From positions 18,476,001 to 18,540,000 of the forward strand of contig JBHGNT010000009.1 in NCBI GenBank assembly GCA_043228905.1: a DNA stretch of 64,000 nucleotides, in the 5' to 3' direction. Origin of the DNA: Azolla caroliniana. Lineage: Eukaryota > Plantae > Polypodiophyta. Positions 12,389-24,642 of the stretch are shown here, piece by piece (position 1 is the stretch's first letter; the number at the start of each line of letters is the position of its first letter). The position numbers and the translations under genes are program-made. Under the pieces are notes generated by a model, which was given only the letters and a program-made list of their open reading frames with translations, made no database searches and had not been told where the DNA came from.

Positions 12389-14807
12389 CTATTCGAACCA
12401 TTTCACAGCACGGCGCCCATAATACCGCTCAGGGTACGGCAAATCAGCAATTGTTTGTTTTGCTCTCGACTTAGAAGCCTGGCATATTTCTATGGCACCT
12501 ATAAATTAAGCACCCATTCCTTAGTTTTCTGGGATTATGATGTGTATATTATGAACCCATCTTGATGTACCATTTTCCTAGATTCGGAGAAACTAAACAC
12601 AATAATATCTTTTACCTTGATCTTGAATTGTTAGTCTTCTTGTTTCTTGATCGACCAGATCTGCTGCATGTAGACCTCTTATCTGGCCTTCTAAGACATT
12701 CACTAAGTCTTCTTTGGACTGCAAAAGACATTAAATAGGTTTGTTGACGAGAAACTCTAATGGGATTCAAGCCGAAATCCAATCATCTGAACTTTCTTTA
12801 TAAACCGTATGGATGTTTCTTTAAGAAGTTTTTTCCCAGCTCAAAAATAGTTTTTTTCCTCTCGAATCAAACTTGAAGGAACATTTACTCAGAAGACCAA
12901 CATTGCAGATAACTACTCCTAAAATGTGAAATGCTAACCAGTTTAGAATCATCCTTAGAGTTTCTTTCGTCTCGTTGAGCTCCCTCATTAACACCTGAGG
13001 AAAAGAAAAATGATTTTCAAGCCTTATCGAAATGTGGAAATGCACCTAATGAAATTGGTTTCAAAAATGTTCCTAAAGGCTATGATTGAACAATGATTTA
13101 CACTGTAATTATTTGACTCTTAACAGCATGATATATGAAGGGCAACAAAAAATGAGTGATCAAAAAATACATAAGTTTCTAGCTACTAACAGAAGTAGAC
13201 AAACCCTAGCTGAAACAATAAAATACAGTCAAAACAGGCTTTGTAATATAATCGTACAAAGCAATTAGCTCAATAGGATGAGTTTTCATCACAGTGACAC
13301 ATTAGACAGCGCAATTACATTTGGTTCAAAAAATTATAATATAACATCAGTATGCATCTTTATAATACACTCCAAATTCATAGAAAAACTTTGAAGTTCT
13401 AACAATGAGCAGTAGTTGTGTTATGTACAAACATAACCATACCAGAATTGAGGAAATTAGGGTAGAGAGAAATCCGTTGCCTGGTGCACAACCACTCAAC
13501 TAGCACTCATTAAGAATCTAACCTCTGGCCCTCCTCTTTCTTTAGTTATACAATAATTACATATCAATTATGTTAACTTTGCAATGAACAGATCATAAAC
13601 AATTCCACTGCTAGTAAAAGCAATGAAACAATCTTTTAATTCTTAGCTATGTTGTAAGTTTACATACAGCCATGAGTTTTCATGTAGAAAAAAGTAAAAA
13701 CAATCACCATAATGCATAGTGACCCTACAGACTCTAGCAGGCATAAAGAACAAGACTGTTAAGTACTATATATCTATATATAAAGCAGCGAAACTTACCT
13801 TTGAATTGAGGTGAAGGATTCCAATTAACACCTTCCATTTCTTTCTTAATCAACTCTTCTAGTTCTTCATCATCAAACCTTTGCCTTGCAACTACATCTC
13901 TGAGTTGAGCTACATACGCTCTTGCTTCTTTTCTCTGGCACTCTTTCATCTCCTCTAATTGACTCTCTTCTTCTGCTTCCCTCTCAGCTTTCATGGCAGC
14001 CAAGTGATCCTCAAACTCTATGTCCCCCTTCTTTTCTTCATTACATTGCAAGTAATCCTTCACTTGTAAGCTGTGGTAATTTCTGAGTTCAACATGTTGT
14101 CTCCTCAGAGCTTCGTATTCCTCCAGCCATCTCTGATTCATACTAATAAGATCTTCTTCGACAGCCATTTTTTCCTCTTCTCGAAGATGATCTACCATAT
14201 GCAAATGTCTTCTTAATATATCCACACCATGTTCATCATACGCTTGATCTTGTGAATCTTCACATTCAAGCAAGTTATACAAATTTCGATCCTTCTGATT
14301 CATATTTCGTTCATTTTGTCTTTGTCTTTTTTTCTCTACCTCTGCCTTCACCACTGCAACTTTCGAGTTATGCATAGACATATCATCAGCGGCTTCTTGA
14401 ATAGACTTCTCAAGTTTAGTCTCTCCAAGAGAATTAGGATTTTTCTGCAGCTTCTCTGCACTAGCAGACATAGCCCTAGCTTTAAGCCAAGCTCTTCTCT
14501 CTGCGAGGTTCATGCTACCAGTCCTGATCTCGTGGTTGAGAGTGCTTTCTTCATCTCCAAGTATGAAAGAAAGCCTTCTTCTTTTCTCATGAAGGACCTC
14601 ATTTCTGTGAGATCTGATGGCTTCTAGCTTCTCAGCGAGGTCACGGAAAGAAGTTCGAGGTTCGTTGGAGCTCTCGAACTGTGCATATCGCATCAGGTTC
14701 TTGTATTTATGCATGAAGTTGATCTTGTCTTGCAGGGCATTCTCGTACTGGCGTTCCTTGAACCGCCGGTCTTCGTTACCAGGCAATTTTCTTGGATGGA
14801 GATACAT
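12389..14807 (-). CDS. CFAP53: CFAP53/FAP53-like (trichohyalin-plectin-homology) coiled-coil axonemal protein; exons 14807-13799, 12994-12939, 12718-12616, 12498-12389; 425 aa
   Basis: All introns are GT-AG with consistent phases (1009+56+103+110=1278 nt, no internal stop). The pattern LHEKRRRLSFILGDEE...ERRAWLKARA...KLEKSIQEAADDM recalls the CFAP53 N-terminal half, and the protein ends YYGRRAVKWFE*. Family assignment is from recalled similarity only. Confidence 0.7.
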
Positions 14808-14833
14808 GACGGCAACGGAGAAGCAGGAGGTAC

Positions 14834-14871
14834 TAGCCCTAGCCCTAACCCTAACCCTAACCCTAACCCTA
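14834..14871 (+). repeat. (CCCTAA)n-type telomere-like tract just upstream of the CFAP53-like ATG
   Basis: GCCCTAGCCCTAACCCTAACCCTAACCCTAACCCTAA. Confidence 0.9.
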
Positions 14872-15109
14872 ATAGAAGAACAGCATTCTGCGACAGATCG
14901 AGAGAGACATTAGTTGTAGATTAGAGAGAGAGAGAAAGAGAGAGGTCAGTTACGGTGATTGAAGAGACGCACGCAGAGATCTCGCTTCAGCCTTCAGTTC
15001 ACACATACATAGATAAAAAATAAGTTGTGAACCTCCTTCTCCATTTCAAAGAAGAAGAAGAAGAAGAAGAAGAATGTGTGTATGTGTGTGTATGGGCCGA
15101 AGTTGTAAG

Positions 15110-15184
15110 TTAGGGTTAGGGTTAGGGTTAGGGTTAAGATTAGGGTTAGGATTAGGGTTTGGGTTTGGGTTTGGGTTTGGGTTT
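15110..15184 (+). repeat. (TTAGGG)n/(TTTGGG)n telomere-like tract with G-quadruplex potential
   Basis: Direct reading. A TGGGCC site-II-like motif lies at ~15093. Confidence 0.9.
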
Positions 15185-15420
15185 TCCGAGCCGTACCCCA
15201 GTCGGACCGGGACCGGACGAAAATACATTGAGAAGTGTTATGTTCCAATGATTCTCTCCCTCCCTCCCTCACATACTTGGATATCACATGCTATCTATCT
15301 ATCGTCCATCATTATTTGACATCTACCAAGTGTCTCCACACAACTCAATCACAATGGTATTGTATATTGTTCCCACAATAGTCATCCGAGGTTCTTGAGA
15401 AAGCTGTGTCTATTGCCAGT

Positions 15421-15986
15421 AATGTTGATAATGCTTGCTCTTGCCATATAAAGTGTCCCTTAATCATGTTTGAAGTGGTCTAAAGTTGTTGATTGATGTG
15501 TAATGTTGATAATGCTTGATCTTGCCATATGAAGTGTCCCTTAATCATGTTTGAAGTGGTCTAAAGTTGTTGATTGATGTGTAATGTTGATAATGCTTGA
15601 TCTTGCCATATGAAGTGTCCCTTAATCATGCTTGAAGTGGTCTAAAGTTGTTGATTGATGTGTAATGTTGATAATGCTTGATCTTGCCATATGAAGTGTC
15701 CCTTAATCATGCTTGAAGTGGTCTAAAGTTGTTGATTGATGTGTAATGTTGATAATGCTTGATCTTGCCATATGAAGTGTCCCTTAATCATGTTTGAAGT
15801 GGTCTAAAGTTGTTGATTGATGTGTAATGTTGATAATGCTTGATCTTGCCATATGAAGTGTCCCTTAATCATGTTTGAAGTGGTCTAAAGTTGTTGATTG
15901 ATGTGTAATGTTGATAATGCTTGATCTTGCCATATGAAGTGTCCCTTAATCATGTTTGAAGTGGTCTAAAGTTGTTGATTGATGTG
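15421..15986. repeat. Minisatellite, 7 x 81 bp, nearly identical copies
   Basis: The unit AATGTTGATAATGCTTGATCTTGCC...GATTGATGTGT starts at 15421, 15502, 15583, 15664, 15745, 15826 and 15907. Confidence 0.95.
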
Positions 15987-16192
15987 CTGTTATTATGGAA
16001 GTAAATTTGCAAATGTGATGTTCTTTAAGTAGATTTAACGTGAGTTCACATTAGACCAAGTAAAGGGTCTTCATGACCAATAATGGCCTTTCTCTTCAAG
16101 AATTAACATAATTTTGATCCTAAAGCATGCGATGCTCCTAATTTGCCATTCATAAACACACACTTTCACACACACACACATATCTATTAGGG

Positions 16193-16485
16193 TTAAGTGG
16201 CACAGATCGTCATAGGGCTACTGGAAAACAAGTCAACCACAATTGTCACCACTGCATACTCCTTCAATTCCATCCCTAACCACCGCAAAGTTGTCGCCCA
16301 CCTCCATAACCACTTCCCGGCGTTTGATGATGGCACAATCCTCATTGACCTCACATATGTGGCCGTGTAGATGGGTATCTTCATGTCCGCCTTCGGCATG
16401 TTCACAAACACCTTGAGGTTCACGTAGTCCCCTCGGCTCATGTTCACCCCCTTGGATCACCATAACCTCATCTTGCTCGTCACCA
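16193..16485 (-). pseudogene. Polyphenol oxidase C-terminal (KFDV-type) domain fragment
   Basis: DEQDEVMVIQGVNMSRGDYVNLKVFVNMPKAD...EVGDN...LG...AVVTIV resembles the PPO pattern EEEVLVIEGI...VKFDVFIN...LG...VVVTLV. No upstream tyrosinase domain seen; apparent frameshifts. Confidence 0.6.
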
Positions 16486-17265
16486 TAATAGACAACAACT
16501 ATAATTAAACCAAAACTTGTACAACACTCCTAGAAATACGGTAGAACCAAATATAACATAAATCCAATAGTTAATTTTAGAATAACAAATATTGCTCGTT
16601 ATTAATTCAAAAGGTAAAGAGAAAAGCATTTTTAAGGGGATGCTTTACACAAGGATATCTCCCAAAATTATTATATTTTTCAAATTAACTCCCAAACAAA
16701 ACCCTTATTCCAAGCCAAATAAAAGGAAAGTATATATACACACATACATACAAGGGAAGCTTTGGGCCATGTCCATGGAACCAGAGTCTAGACATGCCCG
16801 TGTAATGATTTAGAGCACTACATATATTATAGATCTAGGTACTAAAGTAAGCTTAAGATAAGGATAAAGAAATGAAAGATAGAAAGGAGAAAGACAAAAA
16901 AGGGTGTCGATCCACCCGACCACCCCCGAGCGAAGGGATCGAGACGGACTCGAGCCTCGATCGGCGTCCCATACCACCGCCGTGGCGTCGAGTCGTACCT
17001 GGTGCTGGCGCGCTCGCTACAAGAGTTGACCCACCACACGAGCAGAGTCTCGATGTAGTCAAAAGATGATCAAATGAGGGTAGCTAGGCCTCTTATTTAT
17101 AGCGATACCCAAGGCCCCCATGCAAGTTCACACTTGACCTAATGGGTTGTCTCAATCCCGAGGATTAAAAGTAATCCTCCCCTTCTTTACACTCTCGTTT
17201 AACCCTCACACTTATCCGCGTGTATAGAATACTACGATAAATTCTTACCACAGGATATTATATGG

Positions 17266-20200
17266 TCATGCCCGTAACATACTCCCCCTCTTTAAAACAT
17301 TGCACTCTTGCAATGGAAAGTTAGGGAAGTTAGTTCTAAGAGTTTTTTCGCGTTCCCATGTGGCATCTTTTATTGATTTATCCATCCATTTTATTTTAAA
17401 TTCTCGGATTTCTTTAGTACGTAATTTTTTTGTTTTAACATCGAGAATTCTTTCTGGTACATGTGGTTTAGAAGATATTTCTTCAGAAGTAACCAGAGTT
17501 TCAGTCGTAACTGTATTGTCGCCAGAACCTAGAAGTTCTTTTAGACGACTCACATGAAAGACTGGATGAATTCCGACACCATCAGGAAGAGCGAGACGAT
17601 AGGCTGATGACCCAATGCGTTTGAGGACTGTAAAAGGTCCACAAAACCGTGGGGCTAACTTAGCGCACTTACTCGTAGACAATGTCTTAGAATTGTGAGG
17701 TACACGTAAAAATACCTTCTGTCCAAGGTTGAATACACGAGGTTGCCTATGATGATCGGCATAAAAGCACGCTCTATCTTGAGCTGTTTTTATATTATCT
17801 CGTGCAATATGCAACATATCTTGCATATCCCGAAGAAAGTTTTGCGTACTTCGCAACTCATCATGATGTATATTAACATCAATCGGGGCTCGTGGCTGAA
17901 AACCATACATCAACATAAAAGGACTATATCCCGTCGACGTATGCTTGGAGCTGTTATAAGCAAACTCCAAATTTGGGAGATAACATTCCCATTTTGTTGG
18001 TTTTGCACCAACGTATGCTCGAAGCATGTCCTCAATAATTTGATTTACTCGTTCTGTCTGTCCATCGGATTGAGGATGATCCGTGGAGCTCATGCTCAAC
18101 GTAGTTTCTAACTTCTTAAAGACTTGTGTCCAGAAGTCACTAGTAAACTTTGGATCTCAATCACTCACGATATCCATCGGTAACCCATAAAAACGAAACA
18201 ATTCGTCAACGAATTGGTAAGCCAATTCAAGAGCTGTTACCGTGGTTTTAGTAGCAATAAATCTGGCCATTTTAGTTAGTCGATCAACGACAACCCAGAT
18301 GGCATCATGACCTTTTTGGGTGCGAGGAAGGCTAACAATAAAATCCATGGATATACTTTCCCACTTATTATTGGGAATGTCCAAGGGATGTAAAAGTCCT
18401 GCGGCTTTAAGTCACTCGGCTTTGTTAACCTGACACTGGTGACATTTAGTCACATAGTTATGTATGTCAGGACGCATCTTAGGCCAATAAAATTGAGTGG
18501 AGATGAGAACGAGTGTACGATGTATTCCAGGGTGCCCTGCTGAGGGTGCATCATGGCATTCAAAAAGAATCCTCTTTTTGACCTCGGGTAAATCTGGAAC
18601 ACAAACCTTCCCATTACGGTAGAGCAAACCGTTAGCAATGTGGAAGTATTCCTTCGAGGATGTGGTGGTGTTTGTTCCAGACTCAACTCTTGCCCAGTAT
18701 TTTGCGAAATAACTGTCATCAGGATACTTTCCTCGAAGGTGATCATAAAGATCTGATGATATTTCAATGAAGCTAAGCGTGTTAACTTCACGGATGCGAC
18801 TTAGTGCATCAGCGACAGTGTTCATGGAACCTTTACGATATCGTATGGAAAAATCAAAGTCCTGGATGAGATTAGCCCATCGTGCCTTACGACCTTTAAG
18901 GTCTTGTTGGTCACAAAAATATTTCAAGGACTCGTGGTCCGTAGTTACCACAAAGTGATTTCCATAAAGATAATGGCGCCATGTTTTGAGCGCATGTATA
19001 ACTGCAAATAATTCCTTTTCTTGAACGGTATACCGACTTTGAGCAAAATCAAGTTTCTTACTCTCGAATGTTATTGGTTTACCATCTTGATACAAGACAG
19101 CACCTATCGCATAATCACTTGCATCGGTTTCAACCTCAAAAGGTTTTGAAGGATCAGGTAAAAGAAGTGAAGGAGCCTTGCAAACCAAGTCCTTGAGTTC
19201 CTTAAAGGCAAGGTCTAGTGTAGCATTCCACACAATAGGTTTTGTAGACTTACGCGTTTGACCTTTTAAAAGATCAGTAAACGGCGTCGTCAATTGGGAG
19301 TAATTACAAAGAGACTTTCGCAAAAACCCCACAAAACCAAGGAATGATCGAACTTCTCGAATATTCCGAAGAGTGGGCCAAAGCTTGATTTTCTCAATGC
19401 GAGAAGGATCAATTTCAACTCCTCTTTCGGTTATGAGATGTCCTAGATAAGTAATTGATTTCTTGAAGAACTCACATTTTGAGATCTTCGCATAAAACTG
19501 TTTGTCACGCAATGTTTGTAAAACAAAGCGGACATGTCTAGCATGTTCTTGTAATGTACGGCTATAAACTAAAATATCATCCAAGAAAATAACGACAAAT
19601 TTTCCAAGTTGTTCTCGGAAAATGTCATTCATTTCTTGTTGAAAAGTAGCCGGAGCATTGGTCAAACCAAAAGGCATTTCCCAACAAATTGCGACTGCTT
19701 AGTCCCGGGCGCTTCGTTGGGTTTGTTATGGTCCTTCTTCGAAGTGCGTTGATAGCGAAGAACTATTTCAACGGCCTCTTCGAAGGATTTTGGATCCTTA
19801 TCGTGCACTATCCAGTGATAGTCCGAATTGGGGATGCCATTGACAAAACAAGCTATCAACCAATTGTCCCCTTCTAGACCCGATTTTTGGATTTGGGTTC
19901 TAGCATGGTGAACATAGTCTTCTAGCGAGGAAAATTTCCTGCTAAAGAGGTTCATTAAAGCTTGTGCTGCCTCGGTTCGAGAGGGAGGTTGCAGAAATTG
20001 GCCCTTAAAAACCGTGACAAAATCTGTCCAGGTATCGGGCAATTTCCCCATAGTACGGAGGCCACGCCACCAAGCGGCGGCCTTACCCCCGAGTTCTCGG
20101 CCGACATATGCAATCTTCGTACTATCTGGCGTGGGATAGAGCTCAAAATGAGACTCCCATCGTCCCAGCCATGTGCAGATTGCTTCTTCGGTTCTTTCCT

Positions 20201-20459
20201 TTTCGTCTCCGGTAAATGGCTTAACGACAAATGATGGTTCACCTTGTCGCTCATCAGGTCTATTAGTCTCACGTTGTAGACTAATGACACGTGCCTCAAG
20301 AGCACTCTGAGATTGCCGAAGTTCGGTCATCTGTTGAGCGGTGAAACTAAGGTATTGGGTTATTTGTGCCAAATACATCTCAGTAGACATTTGTCCAGGA
20401 GGATTCCCTTGAGTTCCTTCCGCTTGAGCGGATGACATCGGGTCGTTAATTTGAGCCAT
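17266..20459 (-). pseudogene. Chromovirus gag-pol remnant (protease and RT N-terminus deleted; in-frame stops near 18412 and 18157)
   Basis: Motifs MPFGLTNAPATF, FLDDIL, ETDASD, HPQSDGQTER, and chromodomain-like IKW...ATWE. Confidence 0.93.
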
Positions 20460-21557
20460 TAAAGATTATTTCTGGAAAAGAAATAGGATAAGGTCAGAGA
20501 TATAGTCATAACATCATGTCGTGATGTAAACATATCATGGGCGAGCATTAATCGATATCATTATCTCACGTCAATACCCCTCTAGACGTATGAGATGAGG
20601 TTCAAGATCAGGTTACTATGGTAACACAAAGGTGTTTTAAAAACTATGGGGGTGACAAATAAATGTCTTTCCCTGATCTCTATATCGATTTTTTTATGGT
20701 GGCTCCCCGAGGCTCAACCATGTATGTTCGCGTCATGAATTGTTTATACACGAAAAAAATGTTAATAATAAACTATGTTTCGGTGCCCACATATGTGGTT
20801 TCGGCTCTTTAAGTCCTATTACGAGGACCCCGAGGTGCACTTAGACTTTAAGTCTAAACATGTGTTATAGTCATATGTATCAAGGATGTTGTATGGTCTT
20901 GGTCATATTTGAACTCGAGACCTCGAGAACAAATACATTAAACACTTGAGCCAACCAAGTAAGTTGCTCTTCTCGAATGCTTAATGTTTGATGCGTATAA
21001 GAGATATGCGAGATCATATATGTTTTTTTTCAAAGAACATATATGTCAAGGGTCCTTATTTCGCCCTCATTTACCAAAACTATGTTGGTACGTTACCTAT
21101 CCTCAAGTCTCGTAATTACGATGGCATACGCCAAAGTGCAACCTAATGGTGAAGCCAAATGAGCCCTTGTTTCGTAGTAGGCTCACGTGGGCCATCACAT
21201 GGTCACGTCATTACGAATGCCTCTCGTAAGAACGAGCTCATGGTGGCATCGTATCCATGTAACGAGGGAGGGATGTTGGATACGTGCGTCATTGGAGCGA
21301 CCTCACTTGAAGTGGGTCAAGCCCTACGTACTCAACATCATTATGGCTATTGGCGTTTCTTTACGTAACGAAATCGAGGTCATCAACGGGGTTATCAACA
21401 ATAAAAAATTGTTGAAAAAGGGATGGTGACAACGCCATTCTCACAAAAATGTGAGGACGGCCACCAACATCCTTTTCCCGACCATGACAACTTTCGACAT
21501 AAACTCGTAATAGCGAATATACACATATGTTTACTTTTCACATATATACGATCAAAT

Positions 21558-24500
21558 TGTCAAGATTCGAACTCTTGACACGACCATGTTATAATCTACT
21601 ATTATGAGTTAACCAAGATATCTAGTACTAGTTATATATGTAATTGGTCCTTATTATTTTGCTAGCATCATGTGCATAGTTGCTCCCTTGTAGTATTTAC
21701 ACTTGTTGATCTGCGTGGCGCGTACAATCTAGTACGCATCAAGCCGGGGGATGAATGGAAAACCGCATTTCGAACACAATATGGGCATTTCGAATACAAG
21801 GTAATGCCTTTTGGTCTTACTAACGCTCCCGCAGTTTTTCAACATATGATGAACGATATTTTCCGGGAATATCTTGATCTTTTTGTTGTCATTTACCTCG
21901 ATGATATTCTCATTTTCTCGCCAAACATGGAGGAGCACACTCGCCAAGTCCGATTAGTTCTGGCCAAACTTCGCGAGCATGGCCTTTATGCCAAAGGCGA
22001 GAAATGCGAGTTCGACCGTACCTCGATCGAATTTCTGGGCTACATCATCTCGCCCACTGGCATCACCATGGATATGAAGAAGGTCTCTGTCATTCAGGTG
22101 TGGGCGACTCCAAGGCGACTTAAAGATGTGCAATCCTTCCTCGGCTTCGCGAATTTTTACCGTCGCTTCATCAAGGGGTTTTCCACCCTAGCACAACCTC
22201 TTATCGCTCTCACCCATAAAGGCACTCCATTTTTATGGACCTTGGAGGCACAAAATGCGTTCGACTCACTCAAACATGCATTCATCACTGCCCCGGTGCT
22301 GCTACATGCCGACCCCACAAAACCCTTCCAAGTCGAAACCGATGCCTCTGACTTTGCCATTGGCGCCATCTTATCCCAAGTAGACGACAACAACCTAATG
22401 CACCCAGTGGCTTACTATTCCCGAAAATTTATGGCATCCGAAATCAATTATCCCATTTATGACAAGGAGCTTGCTGCTATCATTGCTGCCTTTGAAGAAT
22501 GGCAACCCTACTTGGCCGGCGCACAACATCGTGTCCAGGTAGTGACTGATCATAAAAATTTAGTTTATTTTTCCACCACTTGTACTTTGAATCGAAGGCA
22601 GGCCCGTTGGTCTACATTTCTCGCCGACTACGATTTTGAGATCGTATTTCGACCTGGTGGCCAACATGGGAAGGCTGATGCCCTTTCTCGCCGAGCTGAC
22701 CTTGCACTCCGCCCTGGGGATGCTGCTTATGCTCAACAATCTAGACGTTTGTTGAAACCCGACCAATTGCATCTGTTTGCCACTTGTATGTTGCAGGATG
22801 ATTCTTTACTCCAACAAATCACTGATGCATCCAAGACCGATGCGTTCGCCAACGAGATTCGAGATAGTGTGCAAAACCCCTCCAAGGCGACCAAAAGGAA
22901 GGATCTTGACACCTTCACCATACAAGAGGGTTTGTTGTTCCGAGATCATCTCTTATACGTCCCAGAGGGCCCATGTCGCACCCGGGTGTTGCGGGAATGC
23001 CACGATGACCCACTTGCAGGTCATTTCGGGGTCGCGAAAACCCTCGAGCTAATCTCTCGGGGGTATTAGTGGCCACAACCATGGAAGCTGGTCAAAGAAT
23101 ACATAAAGAGTTGTGAGGTTTGTGCTCGCTCCAAAGCCATTCATCATCGGCCATATGGCTTACTACAACCGCTTCCATGTCCTCGTCGTCCTTGGGCCTC
23201 TATCTCTATGGACCTGATAACTGATCTACCCTTGGTCAATAACTATGACTCGGTGTTGGTCGTTGTCGATCGGTTTACGAAGATGGCTCACTTCACTCCA
23301 TGCTCCAAAACCATTTCCGGAGAAGGAATGGTGCATCTCCTACTCAACAATGTAGTACGCTTGCATGGACTCCCCGATGATGTCATCTCGGATCGCGGAC
23401 CCCAGTTTGTCTCTCACTTCTGGCAGCGCCTGCTACAAACTTTAGGCATCTCTGTCAAGTTGTCCTCCGCTTATCACCCCCAAACTGACGGGCAAACGGA
23501 GCGTGTCAACCAAATCCTTGAGCAGTATCTTCGGTGCTCGGTTAGTTACCAACAAGATGATTGGGTCAACTTACTTTCGCTCGCAGAATTCGCCTACAAT
23601 AATTCTCTCCATGCATCGACTGGCGTCACTCCCTTCTTTGCCAACTACGGTTTACATCCTCGCTTCAACATTTCCCTTCCTACCACTTCCGTGAACCCTT
23701 CGGCGGAGGATCGTGCCCGCATTTTGGAAGAAGTACATCATGATTTATCCTTGGAGCTTAGTCTTGCTAATGAACGATACAAGAAGCAGGCTGATCGCCA
23801 TCGATCTTCCACTCCACACTTTGTCGTTGGAGACATGGTCTGGTTGTTACGTCGACACATCTCTACTACTCGTCCATGTGCGAAACTTGATTACAAGAAG
23901 TTGGGACCATTCCGTATCATCGAGTGCATCAATCCCGTCGCCTTCCAGCTCGCCCTTCCATCCCACTTCCGGATTCACGATGTTTTTCATGTCTCCCTCC
24001 TCGAACCCCATTATGCTTCACAACTCCCAGGACGTCAAGCCCCACCACCACCACCTGTGCAATTGACGACAGGGGAGGAATACGAGGTCGACCAAATCCT
24101 TGACTCGCATTGGCACCGTCGACACTTGCAATACCTCGTCCTATGGAGGGGTTACCCCATGTCTGAGGCCACATGGGAACCATCGGCAAATTTACAAAAT
24201 GCCCCAGAGGTCGTCCAAGATTTTCATCATCGATATCCCCACAAACCAGTGGCCGATTTGGGAAGGCGGCGGCGTAAGAAGGGGGATAATGTCAAGATTC
24301 GAACTCTTGACACGACCATGTTATAATCTACTATTATGAGTTAACCAAGATATCTAGTACTAGTTATGTATGTAATTGGTCCTTATTATTTTGCTAGCAT
24401 CATGTGCATAGTTGCTCCCTTGTAGTATTTACACTTGGCACATGCATGCATACCTACATGCTCTATTGTAGATTCACATGCGTGCAACAAGTATGCATGC

Positions 24501-24642
24501 CATGTAGTATAAATAGAGGAGTTCACCTTGAAGGAATTCAAGGTGAACAACACCAGTTATGGAGTCTTTCCTTTAGTACTATCTTCTTTGTTGTCCATTT
24601 GGTTATCTTCTTCGTTGTCTCTTGAGTTTATGATCCATGACA
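21558..24642 (+). mobile_element. Nested Ty3/Gypsy chromovirus, TSD CAAAT; 5' LTR truncated (21558-21705), 3' LTR 24290-24642
   Basis: TG...CA ends with CAAAT at 21553-21557 and 24643-24647. PPT AAGAAGGGGGATAA. RT (YLDD), RNase H, integrase and chromodomain (EYEVDQIL...YLVLWRGY...ATWEP). One in-frame TAG at 23067-23069. Confidence 0.97.

Noticed and set aside
13734-13798. C-terminus of the 357-aa ORF as given in the ORF track
   Set aside because: It is read-through into an intron. A strong AG/GTAAGT donor lies at 13799/13798 and the downstream exons continue in frame.
14834-15184. True telomere or chromosome-fusion scar
   Set aside because: The tracts are short, degenerate and promoter-embedded, and oriented CCCTAA then TTAGGG, opposite to an end-to-end fusion.
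14994-15319. ORFs with NP/TL/GL dipeptide repeats
   Set aside because: Translations of hexamer repeats and microsatellites.
16842-17069. Duplicated small ORFs (also 25249-25476) as a gene pair
   Set aside because: They lie within the two LTRs of one retrotransposon.
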